Shown piece after piece: positions 41,465 through 51,296 of a stretch of 57,928 bases of DNA; within the stretch, counting starts at the first letter, position 1, and each line of letters starts with the position of its first letter. The notes below the pieces were generated by a model. That model saw nothing but the letters and a program-made list of their open reading frames with translations. It was not told where the DNA came from and made no database searches. The stretch is from a virus, in IMG/VR virus record IMGVR_UViG_3300028837_001486, positions 1 to 57,928 of that record. One strand, 5' to 3'. The position numbers and the translations under genes were made by a program.

Positions 41465-41490
41465 GGAGAGGGGACTGAGAGCCCCTCTCC
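41465..41490 (+). terminator. Hairpin ggagagggg-N8-cccctctcc after the capsid genes (weak U-tract)
   Basis: 9-bp stem read directly. The downstream sequence is tcaactaagg. Confidence 0.4.
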
Positions 41491-41510
41491 TCAACTAAGG
41501 GGGGAGAGAA

Positions 41511-44500
41511 ATGACGCTGCCAGGAAAGGCGGCACTAGAACGCAAGGGTGAGTTGCTATGTCTGCGTGCCACTTTGGGCAAGCAAGAGGTGGACATCAGG
41601 ATAACACTCTTGTCTGTGTTGGAAAGCATCTCGGGTCTATTCCCTGAGTATCAACTGCAATGGGAGAAGGCGGAGCAGAGACCAAGACCGACACTATCCG
41701 TTGCCATGATCGTCAAGAACGAAGAGAAGTTCTTGGCTCAATGTCTGGACAGCATCAAGGAGATTGCAAATGAGATAGTCGTCGTGGACACAGGGTCTAC
41801 CGACAAGACCGTGGAGATAGCCTGGAGATACACGTCGCAGGTGTACTCGCACCCCTGGGAGGATAGTTTCAGCAAGGCGCGAAACCAATCCTTGTCCTAC
41901 TGCACTGGCGACTGGATTCTTCAGATAGATGCGGACGAAGAGCTGACGCCAGACAGCATACGGGTCATCCGCGAAGACTTCCCTCGAATAGCAAGCGATC
42001 CTGCGGTGGGGGCAATCTCGGTATCCATCCTCAACGAGTCCAAGACCGGAGGTATCTCACGCAACTTTTACCCACGGCTCTTCTGCCGCGAGGGCAGCCA
42101 TTTCGAGGGCATAGTACACAATCAGATCAAGTGGCGCGGCAAAAAGCTTCCCCTGCCTAGCGTGAAGATTCTGCATCACGGCTACAACCTCTCGCCCGAA
42201 GAGATGGAGCGAAAGCGCAAACGCTCAGAAGCTTTACTAGAGAAGCAGATAGAGGCCGACCCAGAGAACTGGTTTGCCTGGCGATGCCTGATACACAGCC
42301 GCCGCAATGACCACGACTGGGCTTATGTGATTGCCAATGCTGGGCGTGTGCTGGATACCCCTGGTGTTGACAAGGCAAACGTGCAGACCGTGAGCCTAGA
42401 CCTGGCGATAGCTCTACAGATGACCAAGCAGTATGAACAGAGCATAGCGGTTTCGCTGAAAACACTGAGCAGCTATCCCGAGAACGCAGACATAGTGTGG
42501 CATCTGTCCGGGACTTACGGGCTGAATGGTCAGAGAAAAGAAGCCATCAAGCAGATGAAGCGCTTCTTGGCCATAAGAGAAGAGGAGAAGCTGCGAGGGC
42601 CAACGGTCACTGGCGTAGCTTGCGACAGCTACAGCTTGGAGTCCAGAGGCAGGGCGTTTCTGGCGAAGTGGGAGGCGGAGCTGGAGGGCAAGAAAGCCCC
42701 ACCGCCCACTCAAAGACCTAGTGCTCGCAGCATAAAGATTCTCTCCCATTGCGAGATGGAAAGAGGTCTGGCGGCACGCAAGCAGTGGGCAGACTACTGG
42801 ATCAAGCGCGAGCTAGAGCAGCAGTTCACAAGCCTTGGCCTACAGGTCGTAGAAGAGTCCCCCGACATAACGCTTCACCTGTTCGGAATCCCGCTGAGGA
42901 AGCTCCCTGAGAACACGCGCAACATCGTGTGGGTATACAGCCACCCCGACCTAGTAACCCCCGCAAACCTTCGCGGCTATGACAAGATATTCACCAAGTC
43001 GGAGGCCCACGCGAGCAAGCTCCGCGCAATGGGATATGAGAATGTGAGCGTCTTGGTGGGAGCGACTGGGCACACGCTCGTAGAGTGCGAAGAAATGTTC
43101 ATGGAGCGAGACATCGCTTTCGTGGGGAACGCGAGGCGGAATGGCCGGAAGATCATATCGGACATTGGCGACACGCCTTACAACCTGAAGGTATGGGGGC
43201 GAGGCTGGGAGAAGCTGCTACTCGCTAAGTATCGCGGTGGAAGATACTTCCCCAACGAGAAGCTCAACACCCTCTACGCCTCCTCGCGCATATCGGTCTG
43301 CGACCACCATGCGGACATGGCCAGAGAGGCGTTTATCTCGGTCAGGCTCCTCGACATTCTGGCAAGCGGCGGCTTTGCCATCTCGGACCAAAATGCAGCG
43401 ATCGAGGGAATATTCGGCGACACAGTACCCCAGTACAGGGATCCCGAGCATCTCAGGGAACTGCTTGAGCACTACATCAACGATCCTGATGCGCGGCGCG
43501 AGTTGGCGGAGCGGGGCAGGAAGATTGCTCTGAGATACACCTGGAACAAGGCTGCTCGGCAGCTTTTGGGGATGCGGCCCAGAGTCCTCTACGTTGATAC
43601 GCTGAACACGCCCCAAGCGGCGTCCAACGTTGCAGGGACTGACAAGGCTTACCGGAACGCTGCGACAGTGAGGGCCTTTGATTACAGGGCCCTGGCCCAA
43701 AAGCATGGGCAGGATGCCATGAATCAAATGCTGGTCAGCGCGGCGGAGAAGTTCCGCCCAGACCTCATTCACCTCGGCAAGTGTGAGTTGGTCAAGGGAA
43801 GCGCCATCAAGGCCATCAAGGAAAAGCTGGACACCACGGTAGTCCATTTCTACGGAGACTACCGCTCCGCCCCTCAGCCCTGGGTTGTGGACATAGGCAA
43901 GTACGCTGATCTCACCCTGTTCAACTCCAAAGACGAAAGAGTGAGGGGCATGTACCGGGAGGCCGGGGTAAGGAACCCATCGGGCTTCTGGTTCGTTGGC
44001 GCTGATCCTGACGTGTTCTATCCCAGAGATGTGGAGAAGACCTACGACGTTGCATTCATGGGAAGCAACTTGCAGGTGCGCAACCCTGGGTATCCGAAGC
44101 GACGAGAGCTGCTGCGGGCTATGCTAGGCGCGGGGCTGGACGTTCACATCTTTGGCAATGGCTGGGACTATCTGAAACCGCTCTACCTGAACGTCCACCT
44201 GCACCCGTTTGTCAATGGCGACGTGCTGGCGGAAGCCTACTCGCGGTCCAAAGTCACGCTGGGCATCAATGGTATCAACACCATCAAGATGTATGCCTCC
44301 TGGCGTCGCGCCTTCTGCTCAATGGCTAGTGGGGCGTTTCACCTGACCCACTACGTTCCTGGACTGGAGACTGTGTTCGAGAACGGCAAGCACCTGGTCT
44401 GGTTCAAGTCGGAGGCTGAGGCCCTAGAGCTAGTGCAATACTACCTCTCCCATGAGGATGAGCGAGGCAGAATCGCCGCCGCAGGGCGCAAGGAGGTCTT

Positions 44501-45089
44501 GGCGAATCACACCTGGGATGTGCGCATTGCCGCAATGCTAGAGCACATAGCCCCACGGAAGCCACGGCCTGAGACCAAGAAAGAGACTCCTCTGAAGCTG
44601 CACTTGGGATGTGGCTCGGTGCGCCTTGAGGGCTACGTGAACATCGACGTGGAGGACAGGGCCGGTGTCTGTGATCTGACAGCAGACGTGAGCGAACTCC
44701 CCATGTTTGAGACCGAGAGCGTGGAGCATATCTTCAATCACGCACTTCTGGAGCACCTGCCTCCGTGGGATACGATGAAAGCCCTCCGAGAATGGCACCG
44801 GGTCCTCAAGCCTGGGGGGACAATTCAGATCGAAGTGCCAGACCTAGAACGAGTGTTCCAAGAGTGGCTCATCGACAAGACTCTGCATGAGGAAGGGGCT
44901 CTGGCTTGCATCTATGGGGGCAACAAGAGTCCCGCCAGGTCAAGTTGCGAGCAGCATCACTTGACCGGCTTCACCTATGACCGACTGACGAGAATGATGG
45001 CCCAGTGTGGCTTCGAGAGATTCCGAAGACACGAGCATCCCAAGTTCCACCTCAATTTGGTTGTGCGCGCCCAAAAGGGGGCGCTATGA
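41511..45089 (+). CDS. 1192-aa multidomain enzyme: GT2 glycosyltransferase, TPR-like region, two CgeB-like (Glyco_trans_1_2) domains, and a class I SAM methyltransferase
   Basis: GT2: SVAMIVKNEEKFL...VVVDTGSTDKT...HPWEDSFSKARNQS...DWILQIDADEEL. CgeB-like: DIAFVGNARRNGR...SVRLLDILASGG...RYTWNK and YDVAFMGSN...HIFGNGW...ANHTWDVR. MT: LKLHLGCGSVRLEGYVNIDV...LEHLP...LKPGGTIQIEVPD. Confidence 0.8.
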   Translation: MTLPGKAALERKGELLCLRATLGKQEVDIRITLLSVLESISGLFPEYQLQWEKAEQRPRPTLSVAMIVKNEEKFLAQCLDSIKEIANEIVVVDTGSTDKTVEIAWRYTSQVYSHPWEDSFSKARNQSLSYCTGDWILQIDADEELTPDSIRVIREDFPRIASDPAVGAISVSILNESKTGGISRNFYPRLFCREGSHFEGIVHNQIKWRGKKLPLPSVKILHHGYNLSPEEMERKRKRSEALLEKQIEADPENWFAWRCLIHSRRNDHDWAYVIANAGRVLDTPGVDKANVQTVSLDLAIALQMTKQYEQSIAVSLKTLSSYPENADIVWHLSGTYGLNGQRKEAIKQMKRFLAIREEEKLRGPTVTGVACDSYSLESRGRAFLAKWEAELEGKKAPPPTQRPSARSIKILSHCEMERGLAARKQWADYWIKRELEQQFTSLGLQVVEESPDITLHLFGIPLRKLPENTRNIVWVYSHPDLVTPANLRGYDKIFTKSEAHASKLRAMGYENVSVLVGATGHTLVECEEMFMERDIAFVGNARRNGRKIISDIGDTPYNLKVWGRGWEKLLLAKYRGGRYFPNEKLNTLYASSRISVCDHHADMAREAFISVRLLDILASGGFAISDQNAAIEGIFGDTVPQYRDPEHLRELLEHYINDPDARRELAERGRKIALRYTWNKAARQLLGMRPRVLYVDTLNTPQAASNVAGTDKAYRNAATVRAFDYRALAQKHGQDAMNQMLVSAAEKFRPDLIHLGKCELVKGSAIKAIKEKLDTTVVHFYGDYRSAPQPWVVDIGKYADLTLFNSKDERVRGMYREAGVRNPSGFWFVGADPDVFYPRDVEKTYDVAFMGSNLQVRNPGYPKRRELLRAMLGAGLDVHIFGNGWDYLKPLYLNVHLHPFVNGDVLAEAYSRSKVTLGINGINTIKMYASWRRAFCSMASGAFHLTHYVPGLETVFENGKHLVWFKSEAEALELVQYYLSHEDERGRIAAAGRKEVLANHTWDVRIAAMLEHIAPRKPRPETKKETPLKLHLGCGSVRLEGYVNIDVEDRAGVCDLTADVSELPMFETESVEHIFNHALLEHLPPWDTMKALREWHRVLKPGGTIQIEVPDLERVFQEWLIDKTLHEEGALACIYGGNKSPARSSCEQHHLTGFTYDRLTRMMAQCGFERFRRHEHPKFHLNLVVRAQKGAL

Positions 45090-45565
45090 AACTGAACCTG
45101 GGTTGTGGTGGGCGACACCTGAAGGGCTACGTGAACATCGACAGGTATCACCCCGAGGCGGATCGGCGGATGGATGCAAGGCATCTGGATTACCCCGATG
45201 AGAGCGTAGACGAACTCTACTCGTCGCATCTGATTGAGCACATACCGGCGCCGGACTGCGACTCACTACTCAGAGAGTGGTACAGGGTCTTGAAGGCGGG
45301 CGGGTTGCTAGTGGTTCGCTGCCCCAACATAGCCACTCATATGCGACGGTGGCTGGAAGGGAGTGAGGAGTTCCGGCTGCCTGCGGTGAATAGCATCGTG
45401 GGAGCAGCGAGAGGGCCTGGCGACCTGCACCGAAACCTCTTTGACGTGAGGAGATTGCGCCTCCTAGTAGAAAGAGCAGGCTTCACTGTTCTGTCTTGTG
45501 AGGAACACCCATCACGCGATGGCAGGATCGCCACGGGCGATCTGCTATGCACGGCTGTTAGGTAA
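45086..45565 (+). CDS. Class I SAM-dependent methyltransferase (Methyltransf_11-like)
   Basis: MKLNLGCGGRHLKGYVNIDRY...SSHLIEHIP...LKAGGLLVVRCPN. Confidence 0.8.
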   Translation: MKLNLGCGGRHLKGYVNIDRYHPEADRRMDARHLDYPDESVDELYSSHLIEHIPAPDCDSLLREWYRVLKAGGLLVVRCPNIATHMRRWLEGSEEFRLPAVNSIVGAARGPGDLHRNLFDVRRLRLLVERAGFTVLSCEEHPSRDGRIATGDLLCTAVR

Positions 45566-45580
45566 GGGGGGAGAAAGACC

Positions 45581-46372
45581 ATGCAGCTTTCCATTGTAAC
45601 GCCAAGTCTCATAGACCGCACCAAGCGCAAGGAGCTGGCGCGGAGGTCTTTGGCTTCGCTCAGGGAAGCCACCAAGGATGCCTACCGCCATGTCATTGTG
45701 AGCGACATAGTACACCCGCGCTGGCTCAAGGCGAGTCGCGAGACATATGACCGACCTGGGGCCATTCACATTCTGCGCTCAGGGAAGAAGGGAAGTGCCG
45801 AGGCAACTCTGTGTGCGGTTCGGGAGACCCGCAGGCAGGGCGCAGACCTCGTGTTCATCCATCTGGACGACGATGTGTACGTGCCCGAGCTGGAGGCACT
45901 GCTGAAGCACAGCATCGACGCATTTGAGAAAGACGAGAAGCTGACACAGATTCGGCTAGTCGGCTATCCCGTCATCAACAGGAACTGCACGGCGGAGTTG
46001 GGGAACAGGACGCAGATAACCATAGAAGAAGAGGAAGTTTCCTTCCCTGGTGTTCGCCTTAGAGCGTCCCGAGAGGAGAACTATACGCTGTGGTGGGCAC
46101 GCTATGAGAGCGGGGTCTTTGCCAGTCGCTGTTGGCCGGTCGTCCTCTGGCTGACAGTATACCGAGCAGACTTCCTGGAAGCGCTACTGTCTGGAGCGAG
46201 GGAACAGGGGCTTGGTGGAGTCGAGCTCTTTTACAAGAACAAGGCCAATTGGCCCAAGGCATGGCTCTCCCAAAGATTGGGCTTTATCAACATGCAGTTT
46301 GGTGGACTTGAGATGCAACGCAACAAAGAGTGGAAAGAGACGATCAGGGTTCCCAACGCGGCGGTGAGGTGA
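45581..46372 (+). CDS. GT-A-fold glycosyltransferase-like protein
   Basis: N-terminal LSIVTPSL followed by VFIHLDDDVYV (DxD-like). This is a weaker call. Confidence 0.5.
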   Translation: MQLSIVTPSLIDRTKRKELARRSLASLREATKDAYRHVIVSDIVHPRWLKASRETYDRPGAIHILRSGKKGSAEATLCAVRETRRQGADLVFIHLDDDVYVPELEALLKHSIDAFEKDEKLTQIRLVGYPVINRNCTAELGNRTQITIEEEEVSFPGVRLRASREENYTLWWARYESGVFASRCWPVVLWLTVYRADFLEALLSGAREQGLGGVELFYKNKANWPKAWLSQRLGFINMQFGGLEMQRNKEWKETIRVPNAAVR

Positions 46373-46374
46373 GT

Positions 46375-47625
46375 ATGCCTGCAATTGCGCCCCAAATCCT
46401 ACAGATTGCCAGGGATGCTCAATGCAATGTCTTTGTGGAGTCAGGAACATTCCGGGGGCAGTCCTTCCGAAGAGCACTTGAGTCAGGCATATTCGAGCGT
46501 TGTTACACAGTTGAGATTGTGCCAAGACTCTACGAGAAAGTCGCTTCTCAGTATCCGACGCAAGCGAATCGTCAGGTCTTTCTGGGCAAGAGTCACGAGG
46601 TATTTCGGAGCCAAATCTTCCCGCTGTGCTCTCCAGACGATCGCATCTTCTTCTGGCTCGATGGGCACTTCAGCGGCGGGCACACAGGGGGCGCGGAGTC
46701 CCTGGCTCCCTTGCTGGATGAGCTGGAGGCCATTCGGCAATCCTGTCCCACTTCGTCCCTGGTCATTGCAATCGACGACAGCGATGATCTGGGGAAGAGG
46801 GACGAGGTGCCTGGCCATAATTGGCCTACCAGGGCCGAAGTGGTCACCGCTATAGACAAGATCAATCCCAACTTTGCCTGCGTAGACTACACGGGCAAGG
46901 GCGCTTTGCAGAAGGTATGCCGAGGCGTCCTGGTCTTCTCGTATCGGGCAGTACGGCAGAGCCAGCCCAGTTGGGCGAGATACCTTGAGGGCTTGGCGGA
47001 GTACAGGCGGCTGCCTGGCAGCGAAGCCAGAGTGGTGCTGCATCCCTGCCTTGATGAGAAGACAGCCAAGACACCCCTGGACAAGTTCTACTTCTATCAG
47101 GATACCTGGGCCTTTCGGCGAATCGTTGCGCACCAGCCAAGGCGCGTCGTCGATATAGGGTCTACTGCCCTTCTCGTGGGCGCCGTGTCATGCCTGTTCC
47201 CAACCGTCAGCATCGACGTGAGACCGCTTCCCGTATCGCTGCCAGGACTGACTTGCCTTGAGGGATCAATCACTGCGATCCCTCTCGGAGATAATTCGAT
47301 AGAGCTACTAAGCAGTCTCTGTGTGATAGAGCACATTGGCCTGGGTCGATACGGCGATCCGCTAGACCCCCTGGGGAGCATCAAAGCCGTTCGGGAGGTA
47401 GTACGTGTTGTGCAGCCTGGAGGCCACTTTCTGATGAGTGTGCCGGTGAGCCACAGCCCTGTCCTGTGCTTCAATGCTCATCGGATTTTCGCTAAGTCCC
47501 AAGTGTTGGAGTGGATGCCAGAGTTCTCGGTAGAGGACGAGGCGTTTCTGTTTCCAGAGCCTGGCCCAGAAGAGCGGGTGGGCAAGCAATTCTGTGTCTG
47601 GTGTGCCGATCTGGTGAGGAGGTAG
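46375..47625 (+). CDS. Two-domain methyltransferase-like protein (N-terminal MT-like domain plus C-terminal DUF268-like MT)
   Basis: N-terminal NVFVESGTFRGQS. C-terminal VVDIGS...IPLGDNSIELLSSLCVIEHIGLGRYGDPLDP...VQPGGHFLMSVP. Confidence 0.6.
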   Translation: MPAIAPQILQIARDAQCNVFVESGTFRGQSFRRALESGIFERCYTVEIVPRLYEKVASQYPTQANRQVFLGKSHEVFRSQIFPLCSPDDRIFFWLDGHFSGGHTGGAESLAPLLDELEAIRQSCPTSSLVIAIDDSDDLGKRDEVPGHNWPTRAEVVTAIDKINPNFACVDYTGKGALQKVCRGVLVFSYRAVRQSQPSWARYLEGLAEYRRLPGSEARVVLHPCLDEKTAKTPLDKFYFYQDTWAFRRIVAHQPRRVVDIGSTALLVGAVSCLFPTVSIDVRPLPVSLPGLTCLEGSITAIPLGDNSIELLSSLCVIEHIGLGRYGDPLDPLGSIKAVREVVRVVQPGGHFLMSVPVSHSPVLCFNAHRIFAKSQVLEWMPEFSVEDEAFLFPEPGPEERVGKQFCVWCADLVRR

Positions 47626-47629
47626 ATAG

Positions 47630-48256
47630 GTGTCCTATAGGGAGAATCCTGAGCTAGAGAACGACATGGTGGAGTCCCTCTTCCGTCGCTGGCGAAAGGG
47701 CAGGTTCCTTTTGGCCCGCCCCCAGCGGGACATCTACGAAGCCATTGCATCCAGGGTTGAGGGCAAATCGGTATGCGATGTTGGGTCTGGGTCGGGGCTA
47801 GGCACCGTGATTCTGGCCCAGAAAGCCCGCTCCGTTGTGGGGCTTGAGAAGCTGGCATCGTCTACCGAGTTTTCACAAAAGTGCTTCCCGCTGAACAATA
47901 TCCGCTTCGTCAACCAGGACATAACGACGTGTTCTTTGCAAGAGAGGAGCTTTGATGTCGTTACTGCCATTGAGATAATCGAGCACGTTGCGGCTTACCA
48001 GGCAGCCCTTATCCAGATGTGGCGCATTCTGAAGCCTGGGGGCACCCTCTACATCTCGTCGCCCAACAGGAACAACCCCCACATCCCAAACGATAGGCCA
48101 GGGAACAAGCATCACGTCCGCGAGTGGACAGCCGGGGAGTTCTACGACATCCTCTCTGGCTATTTTCGGGCCATTGAGCTTCGCGACTTTACTCTCACTC
48201 GGCCACAGGAGCGCGAGACACAGATTACCCCGCTGATTGCGGTGTGCAAGCGATGA
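47630..48256 (+). CDS. Class I SAM-dependent methyltransferase
   Basis: VCDVGSGSGLGTVILA...FDVVTAIEIIEHV...LKPGGTLYISSPN. GTG start lies 8 nt after AGGAGG. Confidence 0.8.
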   Translation: MSYRENPELENDMVESLFRRWRKGRFLLARPQRDIYEAIASRVEGKSVCDVGSGSGLGTVILAQKARSVVGLEKLASSTEFSQKCFPLNNIRFVNQDITTCSLQERSFDVVTAIEIIEHVAAYQAALIQMWRILKPGGTLYISSPNRNNPHIPNDRPGNKHHVREWTAGEFYDILSGYFRAIELRDFTLTRPQERETQITPLIAVCKR

Positions 48257-48266
48257 GGAGCAGGCG

Positions 48267-49331
48267 ATGAACCTAACTCTGAGTATGTTGCGAGAGGCTG
48301 TTGGCAACGACCTTGCTGAGTTTTACGAGGGCACCATCACCGCTCCGGCGGCAACGACGTTCATAGATGCAGACCTCGTGGATTCTGCCGAGTCTGACGA
48401 GCAGTACGTGGGAGCATGGGTCATGGTGACCGAATCAGGAAGCCCGGCTGAGGGCGTGGTTCGGCGCATAAGTGCGTATGACCCAGCGACGGGGCAGATA
48501 ACCATCTCGCGCGCCTGGGCTCCTGCCCCAGCCCCCGGGGACGAGTATGAGCTGCACACGCTCCTATCGCCGGATGACCTGGAGCAATGTATCGCTGTCG
48601 GGATGGGCAAGTGCATGTATGTTGACCGTTGGATCGTAGATGCTGTGGCCGACCAACGCGAGTACATCCTGTCACCTCCTAGCATAGGGGCTTACAACTG
48701 GATAGAGCAAGCAGCCGCAGTGCGCAACGTCTACTGGTGCCCTGGGGCCGTGCATGTGTCTGACACCAGCATCGCGTTCGCAGCCACCGACCCAGGAACG
48801 ATCACCGACGCCAACAACAACTTTGAGAGATTCGCGACTGGCGATGTCATTGTGGTCAGGGGCTCGGCAGAGAACGACGGCACATACACTGTGAGCACTG
48901 GTGGGGTTGCGGGAACAATTCGGACCAGAGAAGCGACCCTAGTGGAAGCCGCCGCCGCAACAGTTACCATCCTCGCAACAGGCGCAATCCAATACCGGCC
49001 ACTAAGGCGGTGGAGGGTGACGGAGAACGCCGGGGTCTTCTCCCTGCACGTTCGGCCCTACGGCACAGATGGCGTGTACGTGGTGGAGATTCTGCGACGC
49101 TATGCCACGCTGAACGGTGACGAAACGACCTCCTGCCCCGTTTTCTGGGCCGTTGCGGCAGCGGAGGTAGAGGTCTACCGCTTGCTGGCGAGAAAAGACC
49201 CCGGCCAGGACAGCACGCGATTCAAGCAGGCACAGGCTGAGGCAGCGGCGAGGTTTGCGACCTTGACGAGGCGCTACCAGCCGAGGCCAAAGATAAGAAT
49301 ACACACGTCCGACTCAGCTTGGGCGGTCTGA
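48267..49331 (+). CDS. Hypothetical virion structural protein
   Basis: Assigned by position in the structural module. No motif recognised. Confidence 0.45.
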   Translation: MNLTLSMLREAVGNDLAEFYEGTITAPAATTFIDADLVDSAESDEQYVGAWVMVTESGSPAEGVVRRISAYDPATGQITISRAWAPAPAPGDEYELHTLLSPDDLEQCIAVGMGKCMYVDRWIVDAVADQREYILSPPSIGAYNWIEQAAAVRNVYWCPGAVHVSDTSIAFAATDPGTITDANNNFERFATGDVIVVRGSAENDGTYTVSTGGVAGTIRTREATLVEAAAATVTILATGAIQYRPLRRWRVTENAGVFSLHVRPYGTDGVYVVEILRRYATLNGDETTSCPVFWAVAAAEVEVYRLLARKDPGQDSTRFKQAQAEAAARFATLTRRYQPRPKIRIHTSDSAWAV

Positions 49332-49332
49332 T

Positions 49333-51288
49333 ATGCCAAGAGTTCCGAGCGCGTATGACATAACCATAACCCAGGGGCCCACGACCAGGGGCTATCTCCT
49401 GGCGCGTCAAGGCTCCTTGGGGCGCGGCGCAAGGAGATGGAGCGTCGAGGCCGTGGCAGCCTCTATCGCCCAGCGGACACCCGCCGAGGCCCAATATGGC
49501 AACCAGGCGGCCATCATCGAGTTGCCGATGGTCTTCCGCTCGACCCACAAGGGCTACGGCGATGCGCGCGTGGTAGCCGACGATCGCTACCACTACTCGG
49601 TGAGCGTAGATGGGCGATTCCCCCATCAAGTCATAGCTGGGCCTGCGGTGAATCCATTTCAGACCTACATGGGCGCAAACTGCGTGGGCTTCTTCGAGCA
49701 GGACGGGATGTTGTTCGCCATTGGGGGCCGGCACTGTGTCTCCATAGAGACAGACGGAACTGTTGGCGTTGCACAGGACTTTGGCGCTGGCAAGGTGGCT
49801 ACAGACTGTGGCGTGTTTGGCTGGGGTGCCCCGGCAGCCGCTTACGGCTATGTTGGCATGGGCTACGCCGAGCCGTTCTGGGAAAGGGCAGCGAACGCCA
49901 ACCCAGCGCTGGGCTGGACGCAGGCAGCAGCACTTTACATGGGGCAGATCAGCGTCTTCAAGGATAGGCTGTGGGCCTCCACAACAGCTCACGAAGTGCA
50001 GCCTGTAGCAACCGCGCCCAAGACGGCAACCAACTGGGGGGCCCGCTACGGGATAGGCGACCCGGGGAAGAGCATAACGGAGCTCGCCGAGCTTGCTGAC
50101 CTGCTCTACGTCGGCAAGACCAACGGGCTGTTTGCGCTGGACTCCAGCGGCCTGGGCCAGATGGCTACGCCAGAATTGGGTCGCGCGGTAGCGGCCGCGA
50201 ACTGTGTTCAGATGGGGGCTTGGCACGGAAGTATGTGGGTTCCACACGAGCGCGGCTTGTTCAACTACCGATCAATGGGAGCGCAAGGCTTCTTGGTGAC
50301 GCCTGCGACGCCAGGTGCCTTTGCGGTAGAGGACAACCCAATCAAGGGCAAGATAACGGCACTCGTTGGAGATGACCGCTGGCTCTACGTGGCACTCTAC
50401 ACAGCGGGAGCAGACACGTACATTCTCGCGGGCCGCCAGTCAATGGGTGATGAGCAGGCGTTCGGCCCGATGATATGGCACCCCCTCGCTCACCTAGCAA
50501 GCATGAAAGTCGAGGCGATGCACATATCGGGCTTGTGGGGCAACCCCCGCCTCTTTTTCGCATACGGTGCCAACGATATGGCCTACATCATCCTGCCGAG
50601 GAAGGGTGAGAACCCCATCTCCGACACAGCCTACAGGTATGCGACGAGTGGTAGCATCTACTACCCAGCGCATTGCAGCCTATCCCCCACTACGACGAAA
50701 ATCTACAAGAGCATCCAGATAGGGGGGAGTAAACTCACTGCCACTCGGTATGCAGACGTCTACTACCGCATCGACGAGGGGCCCTGGCTCTTGGCGGGGA
50801 GGGCCAACCGCTCGCCACGGGACATCGTGATCTTGCCGGCGGCAGGGGTGTCTGGCCTAGAGATGGAGATACGCTTGGACCTGACCCTGCCTGACGCGAC
50901 GGAGACACCCAGAATCTATAGCGTTGTGGTGAGATGTGTCGAGCGCCCACCAAGCATCAAGGTCTTCACCGTGGCAGTCAGGTGCGCTGACGGCATGATG
51001 CGCAACAACAACACGCGTGAGCGGAGAACGGGCGCCGAGATACTCCTGGAGCTTGAGGGCCTCGCCCAGCTCGATGAGGCGGTCCTCTTGAGAGACACGA
51101 TCGGTATCGAGCGGTGGGTATTGATCTTGCCGCCCATCGGGGAAGTGGAGACCGTACAAAGAGACAGCCAGATTCCCGAGAAGGTTGCAATGGTCAAAAT
51201 GGTACTGTTTGAGGCTGAGGCGCGACCAGGGATTGGCGGCGGGTTCATCATTGGATCATTGGTCGGCGGTACAGACGTAATCATATAG
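49333..51288 (+). CDS. Hypothetical large structural protein (beta-rich; tail or hub candidate)
   Basis: 651-aa ORF adjacent to the fibre gene. No motif recognised. Confidence 0.45.
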   Translation: MPRVPSAYDITITQGPTTRGYLLARQGSLGRGARRWSVEAVAASIAQRTPAEAQYGNQAAIIELPMVFRSTHKGYGDARVVADDRYHYSVSVDGRFPHQVIAGPAVNPFQTYMGANCVGFFEQDGMLFAIGGRHCVSIETDGTVGVAQDFGAGKVATDCGVFGWGAPAAAYGYVGMGYAEPFWERAANANPALGWTQAAALYMGQISVFKDRLWASTTAHEVQPVATAPKTATNWGARYGIGDPGKSITELAELADLLYVGKTNGLFALDSSGLGQMATPELGRAVAAANCVQMGAWHGSMWVPHERGLFNYRSMGAQGFLVTPATPGAFAVEDNPIKGKITALVGDDRWLYVALYTAGADTYILAGRQSMGDEQAFGPMIWHPLAHLASMKVEAMHISGLWGNPRLFFAYGANDMAYIILPRKGENPISDTAYRYATSGSIYYPAHCSLSPTTTKIYKSIQIGGSKLTATRYADVYYRIDEGPWLLAGRANRSPRDIVILPAAGVSGLEMEIRLDLTLPDATETPRIYSVVVRCVERPPSIKVFTVAVRCADGMMRNNNTRERRTGAEILLELEGLAQLDEAVLLRDTIGIERWVLILPPIGEVETVQRDSQIPEKVAMVKMVLFEAEARPGIGGGFIIGSLVGGTDVII

Positions 51289-51296
51289 GAGGCGCT

